64,000 nt of DNA from a bacterium (GTDB lineage Bacteria > Electryoneota > Electryoneia > Electryoneales > Electryoneaceae). The stretch covers positions 4,576,001 to 4,640,000 of the forward strand of contig OY769902.1 in the NCBI GenBank assembly GCA_963669175.1, in the 5' to 3' direction. Below are positions 18,091 through 26,700 of the stretch, one piece after another. The stretch's first letter is position 1, and each line of letters begins with the position of its first letter. Below the pieces are notes generated by a model that saw nothing but the letters and a program-made list of their open reading frames with translations, had not been told where the DNA came from and made no database searches. The translations under genes were made by a program, and so were the position numbers.

Positions 18091-18398
18091 TCTTAATCAC
18101 CTCCATGGCAAATTCTAGATTGTCTTCCTCTATTATTGTTCTATGCCATGCAGGTTAGAAGTGTCGTTTTTGAGGACCCCGGTCCCGATTTGAGGTGTTA
18201 ACTAAGCGAGGGGGAAATTCTTAGAGGAATTAGAGTCTGGTTGTATATCTGACATCGTGGTTTTCAGAAACACTCAAATAAAACCTCTAAAACGAGGAGA
18301 AGATAGTGCTGAGGGGAAAATGCGGGTGTTTATATCTTTATTAATAACAGAGTTGTACGCCAGTTTCAGGCGGGTCAAAAACGCAGGAGCGTTAACTA

Positions 18399-18426
18399 AA
18401 AAGGCCACGTTTTCACGTGGCCTTTT
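18399..18426. terminator. Hairpin immediately 3' of tRNA-Asn (terminator at the island junction)
   Basis: aaaaggccacgt-tttc-acgtggcctttt, 12-bp stem. Confidence 0.7.
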
Positions 18427-18430
18427 GGTG

Positions 18431-18502
18431 CTCCTCGGGAGGGACTTGAACCCCCAACCTAGTGGTTAACAGCCACCCGCTCTACCATTGAGCTACCGAG
18501 GA
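18431..18502 (-). tRNA. tRNA-Asn(GTT)
   Basis: Cloverleaf: acceptor TCCTCGG/CCGAGGA, D arm GCTCAATGGTAGAGC, anticodon loop CT-GTT-AA, T loop TTCAAGT; CCA not directly encoded. Confidence 0.96.
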
Positions 18503-18608
18503 AAAATCTCGTTGGTCATGAAGCGTCAACGAGGTATGTCAAAATAACCAGGGAACTGCGTTACATCCAGATGCACGTCTCGCGTGGGAGACGGCTTCGC
18601 AATCGGGA

Positions 18609-18845
18609 TCAGACCTTGACGCCCTGCTTACGGAGGTCCTTCAGGACAACCCCGATACCCTTTTTGTCGATGGTACGCATGGCCTTGGCGGTCACACGCA
18701 GCGTAACCCACTTGCCTTCTTCCGGTACGAAGAAACGCTTCTTCTGCAGGTTCGGCAGCCAACGACGCTTGGTCAAGTTATGAGCGTGGCTGATATGATG
18801 ACCGGTGACCGGCCCTTTTCCCGTTACTACACACTTACGGGCCAT
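18609..18845 (-). CDS. rpmB: 50S ribosomal protein L28
   Basis: [10 protein letters not shown]...[20 protein letters not shown]...TIDKKGI. Confidence 0.97.
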   Translation of the reverse strand: MARKCVVTGKGPVTGHHISHAHNLTKRRWLPNLQKKRFFVPEEGKWVTLRVTAKAMRTIDKKGIGVVLKDLRKQGVKV

Positions 18846-19145
18846 GATATGCTCCACTTCCTCAAGAATTTCCAACTGTTACGTAAACCCGAAGGTACAG
18901 CAAAATGTGATCTGAATGCCAGTCCCCAGGCTCTCCCTGCTCCCGCAGAGTACCGCCGCGTTCCACATGCAGCGGACAGCAAAGATACTACCGAAACCCT
19001 TCTAAAAACAGAGCATCGAAGACACACAAAGCCTCCCAGAGGCGAAAACGAAATAAGCCTGCGAGATGGCGCGTTACCCCTTTATTCACAGATATATACT
19101 CCATCAGAATACCGTTGATTTGTTTTTATCCTGACTGCTCTGAAA

Positions 19146-19445
19146 CCCGACAACACGCAGTCGGGCCAGGCACACCCGCATATGATATGAAATTGAAGTA
19201 TCCCCGGCTGCATGGGGTGGCCCGAATCGCAAGTAACATTGTCCAGAACAAAAACAGGCGCATTAATACTATGATACAGCTTTCGCAAAGTGATATTTCA
19301 TAAGCGCTTCGGGATAACACAGGCTGCATGCGTTCCCCTGTATTCACGCCAGTAAGAAGTCGCAGAACACGCAGTATCCTCGAGATCCCGTTCATGCCGG
19401 GGATGACATGGCGGGCGAGAATCCCGACAGCAAGCAGTCGGGCCA
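19146..19445. repeat. REP-like palindromes, family CCCGACAGCAAGCAGTCGGGCCA
   Basis: Copies at 19146-19168 and 19423-19445; another in reverse orientation at 43367-43389, and a split copy at 45276-45285/45358-45370. Confidence 0.65.
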
Positions 19446-19837
19446 GACACATTTGCGCTTAAATTCACGATAACTTTTTCGCTTCAATCCACGAGATATA
19501 CCGGTTCGCTTCGCCCCACGAGACCCCCGTTTGATCCCCGACAACACCATTCGGGGGCAGGTTCTTCATGAGGATGAAGGTGTAGCCTATTCTGATACAG
19601 TCTGCTGCGCTGGGGATGATAGAATGGGACATTATTTTCGACGCCACAGTGCCTTGGATGCGGTCCAGCCTGAATGACCTCCGGCTGGAATACCATCCTT
19701 CAAGAAACGGAAGTTGGCGTGGTATAAAACAGAAGAGGCCCTGAAACCCGAAAGGCCGGAACGGGAGAGGCCCGGCTGCATTCGCAACCGGGCCCGGGAG
19801 GGTGACCATGCCACTGGTCGTCTATCTAAATCAGGTA

Positions 19838-20023
19838 CTACGTACGTTCGTCCGGTGTTGACTTGCTACCCCGGTTACCGAACTCTGCAACACAATATTG
19901 TATTGCCTTGCCCGGTTCCAGGTACATCGTCTTCATCACGACACAATCCAGGTACGGATCAATCCGGTCTTCCGGAACACCGTTCTTCTTCGCGGCTTCG
20001 AGCATCTCACCTACGGTTATCAT
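19838..20023 (-). CDS. Small hypothetical protein (61 aa)
   Basis: ATG preceded by GAAAGGGG RBS; protein-like composition; no recognisable family. Confidence 0.5.
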   Translation of the reverse strand: MITVGEMLEAAKKNGVPEDRIDPYLDCVVMKTMYLEPGKAIQYCVAEFGNRGSKSTPDERT

Positions 20024-20181
20024 GTCAGCCCCTTTCGTGAACGGTTATCTTTATCTGTCTGGTCTCATATTAGGGTTTCCGAACAATAAAGTCAAGACTT
20101 CCTAACTCCATTCATGCTCCACGAGGAGATCGGGTCATGTACTTCAAGTCGGAGCCTGCGAGAAAGGCTGGGAATAGCAAT

Positions 20182-20217
20182 AAAAACGGGACTGACCTCA
20201 GGGTCAATCCCAGTCTT
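20182..20217. terminator. Hairpin downstream of tRNA-Leu, related to 33713-33751
   Basis: aaaaacgggactgacc...ggtcaatccc resembles aaaaacgggacagacc...ggtcagtccc at 33713. Confidence 0.5.
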
Positions 20218-20234
20218 GTAGATTATCGAAAGGG

Positions 20235-20317
20235 TGCTGGTGGTGAGACTCGAACTCACACGCCCTAGTGGGCAACGGCCCCTAAAACCGCCGCGTCTGC
20301 CATTCCGCCACACCAGC
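20235..20317 (-). tRNA. tRNA-Leu(TAG)
   Basis: Acceptor GCTGGTG/CACCAGC, anticodon loop TT-TAG-GG, long variable arm, T arm GTGAG-TTCGAGT-CTCAC. Confidence 0.94.
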
Positions 20318-20447
20318 ATAAGCATCGTGTGCATTTGCAGGGACCATGATCCATCCCCGAAAAGCTCGCGTAAAGTATGAAGTCGCCTGCATGGGTTCAA
20401 GCGTTCAAGCGATACCTGTCTCCATTACGGAAAAGCGAAATTCCGTG

Positions 20448-21836
20448 TTATTTCTTCTTATCCAATCCGTATTGGTGCAACAGGCGGTGAAAGCTTTGTC
20501 TACCTATCCCGGCCAATTTCGCCGCACGAGTTATATTCCCATCCGCTTCGGCCAGTTTTGTTTGCAGGTATCGTTTATCGAAATCTTCCAGCAACTTCGC
20601 TCGGGCATCTTTCATGGACAGTTGGAACAGGCGGTCCTGTTTACGTCTCTCGCCCTTGTTTTTATCAATAGCAATATCCTGGGGCAGGAGTTTATTGCTT
20701 TGCCTGATCACCATCGCTCGTGCCAGGGCGTTTTCCAGTTCGCGCACATTGCCCGGCCAGTCGTAGTCCATCAGGTACGCCATGGTTTCCGGCGAAAGCG
20801 CCACGATAGGATGATTAAAACGATGCGCGATTTTTTCGACAAAATGAGTCGCCAGGTCGGGAATGTCTTCTTTACGTTCCCGTAGTGGTGGAAGATCAAG
20901 CCGAACAACATTCAGCCGGAAGAACAGATCCTCACGGAACTTGCCCTGTTCTACCCTTTCTTCCAGGTCTTTATTTGTTGCAGCGACAAAGCGTGCCCGA
21001 ACCGGGATGATCTCATGACCACCAAGGCGAACACATTCACGTTCCTGCAAGACACGCAACAGTTTCTTCTGCAAATCCAGGGAAAGGTCACCAATTTCAT
21101 CAAGGAATATGGTCCCTTCCCCAGCCAGTTCAAACTTACCCGCTTTAGGACGCGAAGCTCCGGTAAAGGCGCCTTTTTCATAACCGAATAGTTCACTTTC
21201 CAGCAAGCTGTCCGGAAGCGCGGTCATATTCAGGCCAACGAAGGGTTGATCAGCGTGTTCGCCCCATTTGTGTATCTGCTGGGCGACCAGTTCTTTTCCT
21301 GTACCGCTCTCCCCTGTTATCAAAACTGTATTCTGGTTGGTTGTTCCTGCAATCGCCCCGATGGTTTTAAATATCTCCACCATGACAGCGCTGGCCCCAA
21401 CCAGTTCATGCCTGTCCGATGGACCGGGAAGATACTTGCGCAGTTCTTCCAGCTCAGACTTCATGGACTGTTCCTGCAGGCACCGCTTGACAAGGGTGAG
21501 GACTTTTTCGTTATCGGTAGGTTTGGTCAGGTATTCATAGGCGCCGTCGCGCACCGCACGAATGGCGATTTCCATGGAACCATACCCGGTAATAACGATA
21601 ACGGGAATGTTATAATTTTCTTTTTTTAATCGTGACAGTACTTCCAGGCCACCCATTACGGGCATGTCAATATCCAGCAGCATCAGGACCGGGTGTTGCT
21701 CTGAAATTGTCTTCAGAGCCTCTTTCCCGTTTCCAGCTTCAATCACGTTGTAGCCGTCGCTCAGCAACAAGTCACGGTACAGCCCGCGGATGTCCGCATC
21801 ATCATCGACAATCAGGATTTTCTGCGTTCTGTTCAT
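20448..21836 (-). CDS. NtrC/AtoC-family sigma-54-dependent response regulator
   Basis: REC domain (LLDIDMP), [38 protein letters not shown], Fis-type HTH; probable start ATG 21836. Confidence 0.95.
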   Translation of the reverse strand: MNRTQKILIVDDDADIRGLYRDLLLSDGYNVIEAGNGKEALKTISEQHPVLMLLDIDMPVMGGLEVLSRLKKENYNIPVIVITGYGSMEIAIRAVRDGAYEYLTKPTDNEKVLTLVKRCLQEQSMKSELEELRKYLPGPSDRHELVGASAVMVEIFKTIGAIAGTTNQNTVLITGESGTGKELVAQQIHKWGEHADQPFVGLNMTALPDSLLESELFGYEKGAFTGASRPKAGKFELAGEGTIFLDEIGDLSLDLQKKLLRVLQERECVRLGGHEIIPVRARFVAATNKDLEERVEQGKFREDLFFRLNVVRLDLPPLRERKEDIPDLATHFVEKIAHRFNHPIVALSPETMAYLMDYDWPGNVRELENALARAMVIRQSNKLLPQDIAIDKNKGERRKQDRLFQLSMKDARAKLLEDFDKRYLQTKLAEADGNITRAAKLAGIGRQSFHRLLHQYGLDKKK

Positions 21837-21998
21837 CACCCCTCCCACTGGCGGTTTGCCTTCCACCAATATCAAAATACGCTTTCCCTCGAGAAGAAAC
21901 CAGTAATCCCCGGAAGGAAAAATGGGGGATTGGCAACACTGGCTATGCGCTTCCCGGCGTGCGTATCATTATCATAATACAGCAATCAGGAGGTAACC

Positions 21999-22736
21999 AT
22001 GCGTATTCTTATCGTTGAAGATTCGCTGACGATGCGAAACATCCTCACGAAAATGCTGAATCAGATGGCAATGGAAGACCTTTGCTATGCAACGAATGGA
22101 ATGGAAGCGCTGAACATGCTTGATGATGTTGAGCTGATTCTTACCGACATAAACATGCCCATCATGGATGGGATTACTCTGCTTCAGCATCTACGGAAAG
22201 ATGTTGAGCATTGCCATATTCCAACCATCGTGATAACATCGACCGGTGAAGAAAAAAAGGTTATCCAGGCGCTTTCTGAAGGTGCAGTTGACTACATCAC
22301 CAAACCGCTTACTTTCAATGTCCTTGCAAAGAAACTCCGCAAACAACTCAATATTGATCCCATTGAAGATGCAGCATATGCACCTCCCATACAGGACGAT
22401 GCAGTCGTTCCTGAAGATGAGAAAATTTCTGAGAACCTTGAAGAAGAACTGGGCGAAATCAACAAGCATGTAATCCAGCAGGCAAAGGATATGTTCCTGG
22501 CGCGTCATGGCCGTCTATTCTGTGAAGTCTGCGGTTTTGATTTCGAGGCCGCCTATGGCGAGATTGGACGCAATTACATCGAGTTCCATTTCGATCGTCC
22601 GGCCAGTGAGCTGCAAAAGGGAACCCAGGTAACCTCGAAGGATATCCGATTAGTTTGTGCAAATTGCCACCAGGTTTTACATATGAAACACCCCTACATG
22701 TCAGTCAGCCAACTGGAGAAAATCATCCGACTATAG
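21999..22736 (+). CDS. Response regulator: CheY-like receiver fused to a McrA-like HNH/zinc-finger domain
   Basis: ILIVED...LTDINMPIMDG...VITS...DYITKP, acidic linker, then HGRLFCEVCGFDFEAAYGEIG...VCANCHQVLH; AGGAGG RBS. Confidence 0.88.
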   Translation: MRILIVEDSLTMRNILTKMLNQMAMEDLCYATNGMEALNMLDDVELILTDINMPIMDGITLLQHLRKDVEHCHIPTIVITSTGEEKKVIQALSEGAVDYITKPLTFNVLAKKLRKQLNIDPIEDAAYAPPIQDDAVVPEDEKISENLEEELGEINKHVIQQAKDMFLARHGRLFCEVCGFDFEAAYGEIGRNYIEFHFDRPASELQKGTQVTSKDIRLVCANCHQVLHMKHPYMSVSQLEKIIRL

Positions 22737-23489
22737 GAAACCGTTTACCTTGCCAATCAACATGTGAATGGACCAGGATATTTTCACCTCCACTCCAGGC
22801 TCAATCCCTTCCTTTTCGAACCTGTCAAGCAGGATAACCATTGGATCTGTGCCATGTTTCCTGATGTAGTTTCCTACAGCCGACCAGGTCGCCAGGTATC
22901 CGAGAAATTGTTCGGCAGGCCAGACCACATCAATACTGAAAGCTGGCGCAGGAACTCGTTCAAATGGGAAGGGGATTGTTGAGTATCTATTATCAATATG
23001 CTCACGTTCCGGCGGCCAGTAGTCACCCAGAAGATCATAATAAAAGAACTGAACCAGTTGATCGACCGGTCCTTCAACCCGGCACAAATCATAGCACAAA
23101 GCAACCAGAATCCCATTCTCCTTTACAACTCTTTCTACCTCTTCGAAAAACTTGTCGAAGCTAAACCAATGCAAAGCCTGAGCAACAATCACCATATCCA
23201 CCGAATGATCTGCCAACCCGGATTGTTCTGCGCTGGCAACGCGGTATTCTACATTTGCCAGCGGGACAGCATTTTCGATTTGAGAATCGCTGGGGTCTGT
23301 TGCGATAACGGTGTCAAAGATTCCGGCAAGGCCTTTCGTAGCCTGCCCTGTACCACACCCGCAATCCCATACTTTTTCTGCTGTGGGATGTAATGAGTGG
23401 AGAAACTCAAAAAGGCTTTGCGGGTAGGTTGGTCTGAAAGCCCTGTACTGGTTTGAATCTCTGGAAAAATAGTCTTTGAAGTCTGGCAC
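22731..23489 (-). CDS. Class I SAM-dependent methyltransferase
   Basis: YRAFRPTYP, VWDCGCGTGQA, AQALHWF. Confidence 0.92.
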   Translation of the reverse strand: MPDFKDYFSRDSNQYRAFRPTYPQSLFEFLHSLHPTAEKVWDCGCGTGQATKGLAGIFDTVIATDPSDSQIENAVPLANVEYRVASAEQSGLADHSVDMVIVAQALHWFSFDKFFEEVERVVKENGILVALCYDLCRVEGPVDQLVQFFYYDLLGDYWPPEREHIDNRYSTIPFPFERVPAPAFSIDVVWPAEQFLGYLATWSAVGNYIRKHGTDPMVILLDRFEKEGIEPGVEVKISWSIHMLIGKVNGFL

Positions 23490-23742
23490 GTTTGCTCCCC
23501 TGAATTCCTGGATTTGCCGTAATAAAATTCAACGACCGTAACTATCTCCTGATCTCACAACGCAGTGGGTGAGAAAGTTCGCAACTTTTCTTCTGTAAAA
23601 ACAGGATAAAACACAAAATCAATTGTGTTTCCCCTTTTCTCCGTATTAGTTTATATTCGCTGGTCGGTCAAGGATTCCCTTTCAGAAACTGTATCATTGA
23701 TCCTTTTGGACAATTGTACAAATCACCTGTTGGAGTGAACTG

Positions 23743-26700
23743 ATGTTTCCACGTGCACGCCTCCTATTCATCGCTCCCCTTCTGCTGAGCGTACTACTTC
23801 TCCTGTTCTCCGGCATTTCCAGTGTAGCGTACGCCTCCCAACAGAACCTCGGGGTTACCAATCTACAGGTTTCTTCAACACGTTTAACCGCTCAAATCCA
23901 GGTTTCCGAGTGGCAAATTAACGAGCAGAATGGAGTTGAATTTCTCTCAATCCCGGGAGCGATTTCAGATTCGGGCACTGTGCCGATATTCACTACATGG
24001 CTTGCTGCGGTTGATGGGAATCGCCCTGTGGCGACTGTCCAAGCGTACGGCAGCCTGATCCCCACAGGCGTTTACGATCAATCTGCGCCTGCCACTTCGC
24101 CAGGATGTTCCACAGGCGATCCCGTTCTGTTCAAAGGAATACCGCTCTTTCCCATACGAATTACACCGGCGACTATTAATGAATCCGGCGAATTGTACCT
24201 GCCGGAACAACTTGATCTTAGCGTTGAGTTTGTCCCGGATCAACAGATTACAGCGATGACAAACACCTCTGCCATTCGCATGTCGGAAGACATGTATCAA
24301 ATGATGGATGATATCATTCTGAACCTGGATGAGCTGGATATCACCGTAACTGCGCCGCTTGGACGAATACTTGTTGTTACACCAGATGATGATATGACCA
24401 TTGAGCAACTCCAGGATTATGTTCAGTGGAAAAGAGAATTGGGATATCAGGTTGAGGTTATGTCGCCTGAGAGCAACGGGAATCATAATGATATTAACGA
24501 CCTGATTACTTCACGTTTCATGGATGACTCAGTCGCACCGCTGGAACACATTCTATTGATAGGTGATGATGGCAACGGTGTCAGTGATGCTTGCGAAATG
24601 GCATGCGGTGGCAACTATGGTGACCATGTGTATACGCTGTTATCCGGCGCGGATGAAATCCCCGATGTTTCCATTGGACGTTTCAGCGTTCGAGACCTTA
24701 CGACACTCGGCCGTGTCGTCAATAAAACGATCGCCTACGAACGTGATGTGTACATGGACGATCCGGAATGGTTGTCCAACGCTGTCATAACAGCAGGCGC
24801 CGGGTCAGGATACAGCATTATCAGCACCTGCCAGACAGTAAACTGGAACTTCCTGACTCACGGTTTTGAAACTGACACATTATGGTACACTATGGGTGGA
24901 AGCATCCCGGATTACATCATCCAGCATGTGAACGAAGGAGCCAGTTTTGTTAATTTCCGTGGATATTATGGCATGTCCGGCTGGAACAACAATCATTGCG
25001 CGTTATTCGCAAACGAAAGCAAGTTGCCGGTTTTTGTTACCATTACCTGCGGTACAGGTAGCTGGTCCACTGAGGTAACCGCGAAAAGTGAAGGCATTTT
25101 CCGTGCTGGAAGCGGTGTCAGTGACTTGCAGGGCGCTGTCGCCTGTATTGGTACGGCGACAACAAACACTCATACCCGTTTCAACAATATTGTAGACACC
25201 GGCTTCTTCGATGCTGCCCTGTTCCAGAATGTTCGTTCGGTAGGTTGGGCGCTTGTATGTGCAAAAATGCGACTTTACGAGACTTATTTCGGCACCAGCG
25301 ATTTCACCCAGTCCCTCGATTTCGCCGACTGGAACAACCTGATGGGTGATCCCGCGTTACGTATGTGGATGGGACAGCCCGTTGTGCCAACAGTTGAATG
25401 TCAGCCCAATGTGCCTCAAGGCCAGAACTATCTTGATGTTGATGTGTCTTGCAACGGCACTCTGCCTGAATTTGCCTGGGCAACTTTGACACAAGATGAA
25501 GTAAAAATAGATTCGCGGAGACTGGACTCTAATGGACATGTCCGGTTGTTTATTGACAGTGAAAACGATAACGGCGAAAATTTCACTCTTGTTGTCGCGG
25601 GTGATAACATGGCGCCTTTCCGTGGGACGATTTTTCACGGAGAAGCCAGCGCTCAGATCGGAATTGAATCGGTTGATATCGTGGGCAATGATTCCCATGA
25701 GAATTTCTCCACGCCAAACGAAACCCTTGAAGTCACTCTCCACTTCCACAATTATGGATATACTGGCGCCGATGGAAGCGGAACAGTGACATCGGATTCT
25801 CCATGGCTGGAGATTGAATCCGGCGACGATTTTACGCTTCCCCATTTAAACCCTCAGGAATCATACACCTTGGCGACTCCTGTTGTTGTTCATGTAGATC
25901 CATCTTGTCCTGATGGCGCTGTCCCATCCCTCAATGTATCAATAAACAATGACATGTTGAGTGCTATCCAGATACCGATCACTGCCTGGACAACAACATC
26001 CGGTGGCGAGGTGAGCTTCTCCGGTACTCCTGGCGTGTTATTACCCGGAAACACGGCCAGTTTGTTTATCCCCATTTCCAATGTGGGGCATATTCCAACA
26101 GGTTCATTACAAGCGACATTATCCACAACTGCGCCAGGGATTACAATCAATGATTCTCAGGCAAATTATCCCTCAATTGTCAGTAATGATACAATTAGTA
26201 ATCTGGGGTCTGCATTTTTAATAACCGCCAGCGAACAATTCGCCATGGGACAGCGTATCTCGCTCACCTTGACTGTTGAGTCTGAGTTTGGCGCTATAGA
26301 CTCTGTACATACCAGCTTTTACATCGGCGATCCACGTGAGTTTGATGTTACCGGTCCGGATGAGTATGGTTACTGGGCGCTGGACAGCGAAGACGATTCG
26401 ACATTGTTCAGCCTTGTCCCCCGGTATTCATGGTATAATATCAACGGCATCGGTGACCATTTGAATATTAACGACACCTCTGATGAAGATGATGGGTCCG
26501 TAGTTGTAAACTTGCCCTTTACGTTCAGGTATTACGGTCAGAATTACCACAGGATTACTGTTTGCAGTAACGGCTGGATTGCAATGGGTGAGCACGCAAA
26601 CATGGTTGATTTCAGAAATTATACAATTCCAAGCCCAAGCGGTCCACCAGCTATGATTGCGCCTTTCTGGGATGATCTCAGAACTTCCGGCGCCGGCAAC

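Larger units (their letters stand above)
1..18430 (-). mobile_element. Integrative element/genomic island (DUF2924 + large serine recombinase type) next to the tRNA-Asn 3' end; left end lies outside the window
   Basis: Serine recombinase module lies just downstream of tRNA-Asn, followed by AT-richer cargo and a phage-like replication/recombination operon; backbone genes (rpmB) resume beyond the tRNA. The second att site is not visible. Confidence 0.8.

Noticed and set aside
19465-19809. Possible GIY-YIG remnant (CIRIGYT)
   Set aside because: Only a few residues resemble the motif; no convincing start or other conserved residues.
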